Shown: positions 13,920 through 27,377, counted from the whole stretch's first letter. The stretch: DNA of 63,153 nucleotides, filler included, from Reticulomyxa filosa (GCA_000512085.1; 14 parts of 14 records of this genome joined end to end with filler, not necessarily neighbours in it), one strand, 5' to 3'. Numbers and translations: made by a program. Notes: generated by a model not told the origin, from the sequence alone.

Positions 13920-14430
13920 AGTCAACTGCCTTCTTCATGTTGACACATTTCGTCATCATCCAAATTAATCAATACATTCACTCCACATACCAACTGGGTA
14001 TCAAGTATTGACTATTCAATATTTGATTATTGTCAATTCATTTGTTTTGGATCAGTTCGTGTATGTGATGTTGATACTAACAAACAAATTCAATCATTCA
14101 CATTCTGTGTATTATGTGAAATTTCATCATATCATAACCATCGTCAAAATGTCGCTTGTTATTCATCAAATTGTAAAACAATCCGTTTTTGGGATTTCAA
14201 AATTGAAAATATTTGTTGGACATCTAAAGGTTGTTGCGGCATTGAATTCTAATCATTAATGGTATTATATATTTATGTTCTGGATCTAAAGACAAAACAA
14301 TTTGTTCATTGAACGTTGAAACGTCCAGGTCATTACATGCATTCAATGGATATGTACATAATGTTTGGAGTGTTGATATTTCACTATTGCAAAGCAACAA
14401 CGGTAAAAGTAACAATATTGGTGTTATTGT
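13920..14430 (+). pseudogene. WD40-repeat pseudogene of an expanded lineage-specific family
   Basis: Frameshifted pieces SSKLINTFTPHTNWVSSIDYSIFD, KTIRFWDFK, LCSGSKDKTICSLNVETSRSLHAFNGYVHNVWSVDISLLQSNN, with multiple stops, indels and a truncation. Confidence 0.8.
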
Positions 14431-14722
14431 TACACAGTATCATAAAAGAAGATAGCACAACTATCTACTCCTAGTCACTACAAGTTTGTTAATTTTTTTT
14501 GACTATCAAAATGTTGGTGCATAAAAAGAAAAGATATCAAATTTCAAAATGCACCAAATAAGATCAATTGTAAAAAAAAAAAAAGAATACATTGCATGCG
14601 AGCAATGTCTCGTTATGTATGACAAAAATAACTAAACCAAAATGAGCAGTTGAAACAAATACTCTTGATTGATTGGTTTTTGTGGGCTTACTTTTGCATA
14701 ATTTGCAAACTTTTGATTGAGA

Positions 14723-15929
14723 TTATCCCCAGATCTGGATCGAATCATAAGTCCAAGTCACGAGTAAGATCCCATCAGGTGAAAATGCAGCTCCTTTCAG
14801 TTTTCTGGAAGGAGTTTGAAATTGTTCCAACTGTTGCCCTGAAAATGCATCCCAAATTTGAAGAGCAGTCCCCACAACCGCCAATATAGCGCTTCCATTG
14901 GGTGAAAGTTGTGCCCTATGTATAATCATTGAAAAAGTGAGCAGCGTGAAAATGTTTTGCCCTGATTGGATATCCCAAATTCGAATGGTTTTATCCCAAG
15001 ACCACGAAAGAATGGACTTTCCATTGATAGAGAATTTGACCCCACGTAATGTATTGGTATGTCCGTGAAATTGTGTCGTCAATTTTCCTGATGCAATATC
15101 CCATAATCGAACTGCACAATCGTCAGACGATGATGCGATCGTAAGACCATCTGGTGAAAAGCTTACTCCATTTATATTGCCAGAATTTCCTTCCAATGTT
15201 TGTATTTCCTTCCCTGAAGCAATGTCCCATATTCGAACAGTGTGATCCATCGAACCCGAAACGATGCTCTCGCCCTTTGTGTCACAATCGACACAAGTAA
15301 CAAAGTCTTTATGTCCTTTAAAGACATACAATTGTTTTCCTGATTGCACATCCCATAATCGAACTGTTCCATCATCTGAACATGACACAATTTTTGAATT
15401 GTCTGGTACAAATTTTACTTTTGCTACAAAACGAGAATGTCCTTCTAGTTTTTTGACTTCCCGTTGGGCTGCAACATCCCAAATCCTAATTGTATTATCA
15501 TCGGCGCACGATACAAGCATACGGCAGTCTGATGAAAAGTTGGCATCGTTGATCACGTTAGAATGGCCTTTAAGGATTATCCTTTCTTCAAGTTGTTTCA
15601 CCTTGCAAAGTTTGTTTGTACAATTATCAATTCCGTCAATTGCAACTGTCAAACAACAATGTGGCTGTTCTTCGATTGAACTTAACATAATCAACGATTA
15701 TCTGATCCAGATCTTCGATCCATTTCTGATTTATCAGTTTGCTTTGGAACCAATGACTTATTAAATGTTTGACTGTTCGTTTTGTCTGTTTAAAAAAAAA
15801 AATAATATTAATATCATGAAAAAAAAAACAACAAACTGTTGCAATTTGAAAAAGATTGTTAACTACTATTGGCAGCTTTAAATCTATATGCACGTCAAGC
15901 GTTGGATTTTTTTTGCTTTGCCAATTCAT
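14723..15929 (-). CDS. WD40-repeat protein (about 7 blades) with short N-terminal helical motif, spliced
   Basis: Canonical GH...WD repeats (LKGHSNVINDANFS, DNTIRIWDV, FKGHKDFVTC, DHTVRIWDI). An upstream exon HLISHWFQSKLINQKWIEDLDQIIVDY joins through a GT-AG intron. Confidence 0.92.
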
Positions 15930-16305
15930 TCGATAATAATTTTTGTAACGCACAAAAAAGGTCTTTCAAAAGGTTATTTTTGAAATTGTGAGTGTTTAAT
16001 TTTCAACCCGACTTTCCAAGGCAACATAAAACAGTCTTGCAAAACATACTGGACATGGATGAAGATTAAATTTTTTTTTTTTTGAGAAGAAACAAATATA
16101 CAAAGAAGATAACACATTGAATGATCTCTCCTCTTAAAAGAATAATTATATAAATAATGAAGAAAAAAAAAAAAGTGTCAAATGGAAACGACATTTGTTG
16201 CACAATTGGGAACGGATTGAAAGCTTGGCAAGGAATAAAAATGGTTGACTGTCAAACATTGACACGGTTGTAAAAAAAAAAAAAAAACCCGAAATTTACA
16301 GAAAG

Positions 16306-18197
16306 TTAGGAATCTTGCCAGTCTTTGGGGAATTGGAAATGTTCGCAAACGGCGGCAAAGAGTTGTTGAATGGGTTGTACAGGGACGTCGTATTGTTGCA
16401 AGTCCTTGACTTCGTGAGTGCGTTTTCGTTTTGCGTTTTTGTCGTATTCGCGCTGCAGCCATTGGGCATACTCTCGAGAAAAGGGAGGCAATTGAGCAAA
16501 CTCAAAGATTTTTTCGATGCATTGTTTGACATTGGATTTCAAGTCGTCGTAGCGAACGACCAAGCATTGACTCGAGTTCTCATTGTCATTGTTATCGACA
16601 TCAACATAGTTGTTGAGATAATCCAACACGCACTTCCACTGTTCGAATCTGCGCCAGATGACATTTCTGGCGGCAGTGGGCCACAGCTCGCGCATGCGTT
16701 CGACTCCGTACAAGGTGGTCCACGACTTGTGCATGAGCGACAAGTTGCTGCAGAGCATTTCACGAGGGTCTCGCACGAGCAGCACGATTTTGCAATCGGG
16801 GAAGTAGTCCTTGACAATGGGTAGACACCACGTCAATGACGGCGACTTGGCGATGACACGAATATTCACCACCTTGTCCTTTTCGTACTTTTGCTTGTAG
16901 TACACTTGTCGTCGCAACATGTGTCTCAAGAATATGCATTGGTACTTCCAATCTCGGTAGCGCTCGACACTCGGCTCTTTCCATTCCAATGCTTCATCCG
17001 ACACGTCTCGTTTGGATTTTTTATTCTTTTGCATTTGCTTTTGTTTTTGTTTTTGTTTTTGTTTTTGCTTTTGCTTTTTATTTTTTTTTGGAGACTTTTG
17101 CTTATCGTCATCATCGTTGTTATTGTTATTGTTATTATTGTTGTTGTTGTTGTTGTTGTTGTTTCGTTTCTCTTGACGACGGTAGTGTAAATACTCCAAC
17201 ATCGAATCCCAAAAAAAACCCACGGGGTGACACTCCACCCAAAAGTCACCCGCCAAACAGTGCATTGAAAACAATGCCTCCTCGTGTGCGTCGCCGTTCA
17301 GTCGATAATCGTATGCTCCTTCCAATACGTCATACGCTATTTAATAAATTATGTTTAGTGTTGTCATAATTATATGTGTTTTTTTTTAAATACATAAGTA
17401 AATAAAAAGAGAATGCGATTTTGCGGGTGCAATAGCACACCCACAAATAAATAAAATAAAATATATACATATATATATGTATATGTATATGTATATGTGT
17501 ATATAAATACCTTGGTTCTTTTCCAAAAAGTAGTCGACAAAGTGGACCAAGGGACGCACAAACACGCGCAAGAAGAGAGATGGGGTCAGTATCTCCCACA
17601 GACGGTGGACGACAAAGGCGTCCTTCCCTTGCGTCGTCGAATGGGTTAGCACTTGGTGCAAATACGATGTCCCACTTCTCGCACAACCCGTCACAAACAC
17701 TGGCTGCTTCACCACCGTTGTTTTCAGTTTCGAGTATGCCAATTCGTCCAACATCGCTGATATCATCATCAACGACTGAAACACGTATATCAATGGCGAC
17801 ACTGAAAACACGCCTATTGTTTCACATATATGTGTACATGTATATATGTGGTCACCACGAATATGTCAGAAAAAAAAAATGTGGTGTACATTGGGAGAGG
17901 GATTATTTTTTTTTCAATAAATAAACATTTACTTATTTTATCTTTTTTTAAAAAAAAAAAAAAAAAAAAAGTGTGTGTACAGTGCACAAAACTCAAGACC
18001 CCCAAGAGCTTATACATCGACGCAAAAAGAATGCCATGTCTTTGTATACCCCATGACCACGATCCCAAAAGAATGTGGTTGCTCAAAAGGTAAAACGGTA
18101 GGGTGGACAGAAAATATATCGAACATGGCACAAACACAATCACAAATGACAATATCAGCGTCACTGCTTTTGTTGTTTGTGTCACTATCCACTTCAA
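16306..18197 (-). CDS. Sulfotransferase (Sulfotransfer_3-type), N-terminal membrane anchor, multi-exon; start uncertain
   Basis: 5'-PSB loop VFVTGCARSGTSYLHQVL, 3'-PB motif KIVLLVRDPREMLCS, and VVRYDDL; hydrophobic N-terminal segments. Confidence 0.85.
17035..17163 (-). repeat. Coding microsatellites giving poly-Asn/Asp and (KQ)n insertions in the sulfotransferase
   Basis: (AAC/AAT)n and (AAACAA)n runs in frame within ORF 16306..17325. Confidence 0.85.
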
Positions 18198-20212
18198 ACT
18201 CGTCTTTTTGTCTTGATGCTTCTCCTGCTCATCAGTGCTCTTTTTATCTCCACTTTCTTTGCCAATTGGTTCTAGTTTTTCATTTGTTCATTGTTTATGT
18301 CTGATTTTGTTTTGTCATTTCATCAACGTTTTCTTTTTTATTTGTTCTTATTTTTTTCCCAAGTTTAGAGCGCTACGTGCAACACGACCTGTCACGTAAG
18401 GAGGAAATGGATATGAACATTGTTCTGTCTGAGATTTAGAATCGACTTCTTCTGAGTTTTCTTCACTTTGTATTTGCTGTGAGTTTTGTTTCTTTGGGCT
18501 GGACATGATTGCAGAAAATTTATGGATGGGGAAATAACGTCCTTCAAAGCTTACGAATTGTTTTAAAGAAAATTCAATTTATTCTTATCTTTTGTAGATA
18601 GTGAAAAACAGCTAATTATTTTCATGTCGTGACATGATCTTATAATGTTTAGCGATGCAAAGTAAAAATACAATACGATCTTCTCCAATCACTATCATTT
18701 ACTAATAGAAAGAACAACTTAAAAGAAAGGATTAGTGTTTCGAGTTTGGCGGATATTATTTTTTGTCTTGGTTCAAGTTTGAACCACACAAAGACTTTAC
18801 AAGAATGAACTGCGCAGAAGGGAGTTTTGATTGAAGCTCTTTTAATTTTTGGATTGTACTTTTTTATTTGTGTGCTTTTTTTGTTGTTTTTTTTCCTCTC
18901 TTCGAAATTGCACCAATCCCAAAACTTCAAGAACAAACCATCACACATCAACAAATTTAAAAACAAGTGGAAATTTAGTGATGTCCATGTTTGCTCTTGT
19001 CATCTTCTTCTTTATAATGAACACCTTTGTGAGGAACGATTCCAAACAAACGACCTCTGAGGAAACAAAAAGTAACAAACCAATCAAGCCAAACCAATTG
19101 AATGAACAGAAGGGAAGAAAACATGGAAAAAAAATTATAATGTCGCATACACATATTTGTATATATNNNNNNNNNNNNNNNNNNNNNNNNNNNNNNNNNN
19201 NNNNNNNNNNTTAATTAATTAANNNNNNNNNNNNNNNNNNNNNNNNNNNNNNNNNNNNNNNNNNNNAATTGGTTTGTTTCTTTGTTGTTTTTTCTCCCCT
19301 TTTTTTTTTTATTTTTCTATTTTTTTTTTTTGCACATTTTGGACAACCTCAATGCTTGTTGAATTGTCTTTTGTGACAAACAGTTTTTCTCTTTTTTTTT
19401 TCTTTCTTCCTTTTTTTGGTTGGTTGGTTGCTATGTTTAGTGTTGTCAAATTTATCGTCCTTCCTTCCATTTTGCAATTGAGAAATCCTTCTATTTTCAT
19501 TTCTCTCTTCTCCTTTTTTTTTGGTCTTCCTTCCAAGACCCCCCACCACCTAAAAAAAAAAAAAAACACTTTGACACCAGTTGATGGCATTTTGAGTGCC
19601 GCGTTTTGTTTTTGCTTCCTTTTTTGTTTTTTGAATTAATGACTTGTGAATGTTGTGTCGATTTTTGCTGCTGTTGTTGATTTGTTTTTATCTGTTTTGT
19701 GCTATGTCTTGTTCTTTGGGACTATGTTTGTTGAATGCAAAGCGTCAGGGATGCTTGTCGCACTTATGGTATTTGTGTGTTCTTTTTTTTGTCAACTTTG
19801 TTTTACAATTGACTGGTTGTTTGAAACCCAATGAATTGTCATGAGACAGTCACTGGCAAATAATTTTATTTTCCAAGAGCAACAACTAAATTAATAAGTA
19901 GCATAACTTTTTATGTCAGAAAAAAACAAACTTGAGTGTAGTAATGCTTTTTACTTGTTTTTTTTGCGGTCTTACCGTTACAAGGTCGACACTAAACCTA
20001 AAACAGCATTCAATTTTTTTTTGTGAAAGACAGCGGCTTTCTTCGAAGCCCAACAATTTATTACAACATATTCATTACATTTTTGATTTACTTTCGATTA
20101 CGTTAATAGTTTCGTATCTTGCCGTCCCAAGAAAGAGTAAAACACACGTGGTTTCGTACGAGGGTCTGAGTTCACTTTTATTAAAAATAAAAATTTCAAT
20201 CTCAGTTGGAAG

Positions 20213-20723
20213 ATGAGTAGTTTGGAAGACGCAAAAAAATCAAAAGATGAAAACGATTCAACAGAATCTAAAGATTCGACAGAATCGAAAGAAATCAAGT
20301 CGCCAAATTCAGTATCACTTCCAAACACAAAAGACGGGGACGATACAGAAGCGGGACAATCAGCGAAAAAGTCAAATTCAGCAAAACCCAAAACAACAGA
20401 GAAAGTAAAGGTGAATGATGTCCCGCAACAAGTGAGTAAATATGATGTGGAAATGTCTAAGAAGTTGGGCAAAATTTGTAGCGAAGCAAGTCGTGGGAAA
20501 TTGAAACTTAAAGATCCAAAAAAAAAAAAAAAAAATTGAAGATGACAGTCTAAATAATAAAAAAAGTTGGCTTACTTCAAATGCGTTTAAGAAGGACAAT
20601 GTTGGTTCTCTAGCAAAAAATGAGAGAAAACAAAAAGGTAAATCAAAACTTAAAGAAATCTCTGCAAGTGACGCTTTGGATAAAAGAGTTAAAAATAAAC
20701 ATGATAAATTTGCCTGGTTTTAA
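20213..20723 (+). CDS. Small Lys/Ser-rich hydrophilic protein, frame broken inside an A18 homopolymer
   Basis: ORF 20213..20539 stops right after the poly-A. A one-base length change continues the frame IEDDSLNNKKSWL...KHDKFAWF to the stop at 20723. Confidence 0.55.
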
Positions 20724-21199
20724 ACCAATACCGTGTTTCCCATGGTTTAAAACTTTCAACAATTGTGTTTTTTAAAAAATTGTTATTATTTTTTCAATTA
20801 ATGTCCCAATCATTTCGCTTTTTTTTTTAATTTTCAATAAAAAAATACAAAAGAATTCTTTAAAGAAAAACCAGTTTGCAATCAACACGAGCTATTCACC
20901 ATTTCACAAAGTAATCTTGACTTTGGGGTGAATTTTAAACGTTAAAGTACTTGAAAAAAGTCTCTCCAAAACACGGACCTACGATATAGTTTTTGTTCTT
21001 AAGTATCCAAGGTCTTTCAACATCGATAAAAATTATAATGGAAACGTGGACAGCTCAATAACACAAATTTGTCAATGCTCGAAAATAAACATTTTGGATC
21101 GTTGCTACTTTTATCCTCAACTAGAGCAACTTCTCACGATAATTGGATGTGATAACTCTACTGAGCTTTTCTAAGGTTAAAAATTTACCTTTTAAATTT

Positions 21200-23413
21200 A
21201 TGGAACAAAAAGCTAAAGAAACTGCAAATCTAAGCATTGAAAGCGCCTTTGAAACTCTGGACCATTTGCCAATATCACTTCAGTATCCTCAATGTGTGGC
21301 ACACAAAAATGAAATTCTCATTTGTGGGGGCTACCAACACAACAAATGCTATTCATATCATACAATTAAAAAGCAATACAAGTTTATCTGTTCTTATCCC
21401 GAACATGGCCAATCCAATAGAAGTTGTGTGGTGAAATGGGCAAAAAGCAGCAATGCAAATGCCAATGAAATTACTTTGCTGTCTTTTGATGAAATTGACA
21501 ATAATATTTTGGTAATGAAGTATGTGAGTGTTTGGAATATTGAAAACGGCGATGACAATATCAGAGTCATGACAGAAAAGAGAGTTAATGAATGGATACC
21601 CCTTGTTGATAACAACAACAAGCCGATATCCTTTGGCGTCTTTCATGTTGATCACCGTGGTACGCGTGCAATCATTGCTGGTAGCAATAACCATTTGTTG
21701 TTTATCACTTATAATCCAAACAAAATCAGTGTGTTTAATTTAAATATATGTAAAACCATAAGGCGTGCTAATCTACCAACAGATGAAAATTCAATAATAT
21801 ATCATTGCTTTGTATCAAAGACTGTGAATACAAATGCAAGTAAAAGAATGCATGAAATGGTGTTATTTTGTGATAGAACAGGGCTGTCGATTTTGTATGA
21901 TGAAGATGCCAATGAATTTACATTTAATAATATACGAGTTTGTGCAACTCTTAGATCACTTTTATCTTATGGATATGTTTGTGTAAATAATTACATATTA
22001 TTTTTTGGTGGATGTAATATTAATGATAATAATACTTCAAATGGAATATACAAATACTCAATCATGGAAAATAAATGGATGAAATTTGAAGATAATTTGC
22101 CCATTTCATTATGTGATTGCTCTTGTGTATTAAATGAAGATAATACATTTATAAATATTCTTGGAGGTTATGATGGGAAGGAACCTTTATCGCAACATAT
22201 CAGAACAAATGTAAATAAATGGATGCAAGCAGATGCAGCAATAGATAAACTTTGGCTTGTGGATGAAGAAGAAAAGAGAATGTTGGAAGAAATTCAAATG
22301 GACTTGGAAAATATTGATGAAGATTTTGATATTCAAAAATGGAAAGTTAAGTTATTTTATATATATATATGCGCAAATATATAGGTAATTGATTTTGAAT
22401 TATTTGTAATAAAAAAGAGGAAAAAAGCAATTGACGTGGTAATTGCCCATTGGGTTCACTCATCATCCATTAAATTGGGTTGGATCAATGACTTTACTGT
22501 CATCGTTTCAAAATATATTTTGAGGAAATATTTCAAACCGTCTCGAATTTTTCAGGATTACACTAGTGAATTGTATAGTGTAAGATTTTCACCAGATGGC
22601 AAAAAAATTGTGTCAAATGACAGAAGTGGACGCATTTTAATGTGGGATACAAAGCTGGGAAAACAGATTGGAGAATTGGAAGGACATTCAGATATGGTAT
22701 ATGACGCACAATTTTCGCCAGATGGTACTATGCTTGTGTCATGCTCTGGTGATAATACAATACGATTATGGAATTTGGTGTCGTATGACAAAATAAGAAC
22801 ATTGGAAGGACATTCAGACTCTGTGACAACAGCGGAATTTTCTCCAGATGGAAAAATTATCGCATCTGGCTCATGTGATCAAACAATTCGATTATGGGAT
22901 GTAAACTCTGGGCGAGAGTTACAAAGAATTGAATACCATTCCGATTGGGTGAATGATGTGGAATTTTCACCTGATGGCAATACAATTGTGTCTTCATCTT
23001 CTGATTGCACGATTGGAATTTGGGATGTGAAAACTGGTAAAAATATAGCGATATTAAGTAGACATTCACGTTATGTAATGACAGCACAATTTTCACCTGA
23101 TGGTTGTTTTATTGCCTCGTGTTCAGGGGATTGTACAATCAGGATATGGGATGTCATGTCGGGAACAGAAGTAAAAAAATTAATTGGACACTCTAAAGAG
23201 CTAGTTGCTGCACGGTACTTTCCAGATGGTCAATCTCTTGTCTCGTCTTCTTTTGACGATACAATCCGATTATGGGATATACAATCAGAAATAGACATAC
23301 AAATTTTGCGGAAATATCCTAACAGCGTAAGGGGAATGGATGTTTCGCGAGATGGAAATACAATTGTTACCGCAGCACAAAATGGGACAATCCGATTGTG
23401 GACAGCAATATGA
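21200..23413 (+). CDS. Kelch-like beta-propeller + WD40 beta-propeller fusion protein
   Basis: Exon 1 (21200..22345) has kelch motifs EILICGG, ILFFGG and INILGGYDG. A phase-0 GT-AG intron 22346..22417 joins it in frame to the WD40 exon (LEGHSD..., TIRLWD repeats). Confidence 0.8.
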
Positions 23414-23872
23414 AAGCATGTGGACAAAACACAATTGTTTGGAAAATCATGTGCTGAGTTTTTACCTTGTATCACAAAAGTTCAAACAAACGAAACGCTT
23501 TGATGCTCTTTTTCCCGAAGTTTTTCAGATTTGGTACTATTTGAACTATGAAAACAAACTTGTTTATTAATTTTATCATATTTTTTGTATGATTGAGATG
23601 ATTGTCATCTTTAAAATTTTTTGAAAGTAAATTTAAAACTGTTTCGATATCAATTTAAGTGTCAAAAGTTTATCAATATAAAAATATTCAAATAGCAAAA
23701 ACTTGAAACGTGCGAACAGAATAAGACTATCACTAAATGATGAAAATGACCTAGCTTTGAATATATTTATTTATTTTTACTGCAGAGAAAAAGAAAAAAA
23801 GGGAATATGTTTAAAAAAACTGCGTGAAAAAACAATAATAATTAATTATTGAATGAACTTTTCTTTAGCAAC

Positions 23873-25902
23873 ATGCCATCATGGTCGCTCTTGACACTTT
23901 TTTTTTCATTAACCTGGGGGATGCCTCCAAATATATTATTTATCATGACAGACGACATTGGTTGGAACGACGTAGGGTTCCACGAGTCAACTCCGATCGA
24001 AACACCACATTTGGATGGGTTGGCCAAGACAGGTCTGTTACTGAACAACTACTACGTGCAGCACGTATGCACACCTAGCAGAAGCGCCTTTTTGACAGGG
24101 AAATATCCAATCCGTCACGGACTACAGCACCACGTGATATTACCAGGAGACCCTTATGGGTTGGATTTGAACGAGTACCTATTGACTGAGTTTTTGAAAA
24201 AAGACTCGTCCCATAGATATCATACACATTTGATTGGCAAATGGCACTTGGGATATTTTGACATTCGTTACACCCCAATTTATCGTTATTTTGATACGTT
24301 TTATGGTTTTTACATGGACATGCAAAACTATTACAATCATCAACGCCATCATCAAGAGTTAGGAATTGACTTTCGTAATGGAACCTTGCCTATTTCTTCG
24401 TTTCCGTCCCTTTATTCTACCTTTGTTTATGGCAATGCTACCAATGATTTGTTGCTCCATTACGCACGACTGCAGCGTGATCCCAGCATTTCATACAAGC
24501 CTTTTTTCATTTTTTTGGCCTATCAAGCTGTTCATCAGCCCAAGCAGGTTATGTCCTATATACATATATATATACAAATTATTCGTACATGTCTCGTACA
24601 TGCATTCTTTTTTTTTTAAAAAAAAAAAAGAAAAAAGAAGGGGTTGTTTTGCTACATGCACGCCCTCTTCTGCTACATGCATAGGCACCGACCGAGTATA
24701 TAAACAAGTATTGGAAGAAAATCGAAGATAAGGATTACCGGAACATGGCGGCGATGATGAGTGCATTGGACGATAGCGTGGGAGAGATTGTGAAGACGTT
24801 GAAGAAGAGCGGACTGTGGGAGAATACGTTGGTGATATGGAGTAACGACAACGGGGCAGGACACATGGAGGCAGGCTGCAGCAACTACCCGTTGCGAGGA
24901 GGGAAGAACACGTTGTGGGAAGGAGGAGTGAAAAGCATTGGCGCGATAAATGGAGGGGCGTTGCACGTGCGTCGTCGAGGACAGATATCGAATGCGTTAT
25001 TCCACATCACAGACTGGTTTCCGACGTTGATGGAGTGGGTCGATCCTTCGCGCTTTCGCACATTGGCGATGCAGACAAAGGTATCCCTGATGGACGGCAT
25101 TTCGCAATATCAAATGATTCAGTTTGACAATCAATCAATGGATGTATCCAGACATGAAGTATTGCTCAACATCGATCCTATTCGACGTGAGGACTGTGAA
25201 CAAAGTTATAAAGTATATCTTCAAACAAAAGATAAAAAGAAGTCGTCGTCGTCGTCCTTCTGTACAGCGGCTATTCGCAATGGCAAGTGGAAACTTATCG
25301 TTGGAAAACAAAGTCAAAACGACGCCAAACACAATCGCTTCACGAAACATGGATGGAACCTTCGCTCCGAATATGCGATGAGCTCCAAATCTTCGGTAAA
25401 GTGCAATTCGCGCTTGCGCGACACGTGCAACGACCATACCTTGCAAAACGGAGGCTGTTTATTCGACTTGGAAAACGACCCTTGCGAGTTCACCGACTTG
25501 TCCGCCGCCTATCCTTTCGTCTCTCAACAGCTCCATCGACGTCTCTTGCACTATCAAACACTCATGACTCCTCCTTTTCAATTGACCCATTCCAGTCAAA
25601 TGTCCTTGGCCAGTCCTTCCCATTTCCAAGGTTTTTGGTCCCCGTGGCTCGGACCTTGTCATGGCTATGGTGATCATCTTTGTACTAATATCACTTTCTC
25701 TTCTTCTTCTTCTTTTCATTCCCAATTTAATCACACTTTTTTTTATGCTCCCAAAGGTGCCCATTTTTTGTTGACCTCTTTGGAAGACCAACAATCACTT
25801 TCTCCTTTCTTTCATTGGCTCTTCATGCTTGTCGCCTTGCTTTTCAATATGTCTGTCCTATTCTTCGCTGTGAATTATCTTTATCGCAAAGTTTTTCGTT
25901 AG
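23873..25902 (+). CDS. Arylsulfatase (ARSB/ARSI/J-like, formylglycine-dependent) with signal peptide and C-terminal TM
   Basis: PPNILFIMTDDIGWNDVG, active-site CTPSRSAFLTG, IGKWHLG, SNDNG, YPLRGGKNTLWEGG and CLFDLENDPCE. One phase-0 intron at 24548..24684; hydrophobic C-terminal helix. Confidence 0.93.
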
Positions 25903-26095
25903 TCACTGTTCCATTTTTTTTTTGTAGCGTGCTGTGTGTGCGCACGTAATTCCATGAATTTTAAAAATCTTCCTTGTAATACTACGCTTTTAATCTCTTT
26001 ACACCAAGGAGAACGAGGAGGGACGAAGGAAAAAAAAGATAGCAATAATCCATAGCTTAATCCATTACTAAACTCGAAACAAGAAAATAAGGCCA

Positions 26096-27377
26096 ATGAA
26101 AGCTCTTATTTTAGTACTATGTATTGGTTTGGCAAGTAGTTGGTATGATAATAGTTTCTGTAATTCAACCTGGAACTGCAACGATACTGTGGTCATGTGC
26201 GGCAACGAAGGCAAGCTTTGTATCATAAGATAATATATTGAACCAAAAAAGGTCACTCTTTTAACATTGTTTTTTATTATTATTATTGTAATTATTATAA
26301 TTGTCATTCGTCGTCCTAAAAAGTAAGCAGCATATGTAAACTTTCAAAAGTGATTGGATTGTTGTTTGTCGGGGGAAACAAACGGTATCGGATTAACAAA
26401 AAACTGTAGGACCGAAAAGCCTTTGTATGTGTGTAACCGGAAAAGAAAATGGACATCATTACTGTATCCAAAGCGAGGACTGTCCAACCTCATCTTGTTC
26501 GACCAACAATGATTGTGCAAGTGGTCAAGTGTGCGCAGGGACATGTTGTGGAGGTAAGATTGTATCCACGTTTGTGTTTTTTTTTTTTAAATTAAAAAAA
26601 AGAACCAAAATAAAAAAATAAAAAATAATAATAATAAAAAAAAAGCAGCTTTATACGTGTGTAATGTATACAAATGAATACCAAAGCTGGCAATTGTTTT
26701 ACACTGTGTGGCGCACAGTCCAGTTCCAACACTGCCATTTCGATCTCGTCCACAGCAATAGAATGGGAGGCAAGCAAATTTCCGGAGACAACTACTTTGG
26801 TCCCGGCGACGTCGACCACAACCATCACCAGTGAGCTTTTTTGTTCCTATTTTGATTGGACCTGTGGTTCCTCAGTCACACAATGTGGAGCTTTAGGTAT
26901 GTGTAAAAGGTATTTCCTTTTTCCCTTCCTCCTCCCCCCTTGGTATTATCATTCATAATTTAAAAAAATAAATAAGCCAGAAATATTTTTTTTTTTTAAA
27001 AAAAAAAAAGGAATCTGTCATTTTGCTTTTGTGGCACAAATGCTGAGAATGAAAATAATTGCTTTATGAACGCATACTGCGGAGAACTGCAAAGTTGCAA
27101 CGAGACTTCAGATTGCCCTACTGGATACGCGTGTGGAATTGGATCGTGCTGTCAGACGAGCAAGTGTATGCAAATCTGTGAGGACAACGAATTCCTTAAA
27201 AACGCTACGTTGCCCGTGCCGGCACCGACCTATCCACCTGTTTCTCCTGTTTGCAATAACGACCAATTCTACGGTTGTTCCTGGAACTACACCAAATGCG
27301 GGGAGAGTGGTAAGCAAATTTTATGTATATTTTTTTCTTCTCCCCCCCCCTTTAAACCATACACCCCTTCTCAATAT
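26096..27377 (+). CDS. Secreted Cys-rich repeat protein with Thr/Pro-rich linkers, multi-exon, 3' partial
   Basis: Signal peptide MKALILVLCIGLASS. Repeated modules FC..W.C....CG / C.C.T...C...C...DC..G..C..CC...C...C, separated by TTT/PAPTYPP linkers. Confidence 0.7.

Noticed and set aside
20518-20535. Programmed ribosomal frameshift at the A18 run
   Set aside because: Homopolymer length error is far more likely in an assembly full of long A/T runs, and no stimulatory structure is evident.
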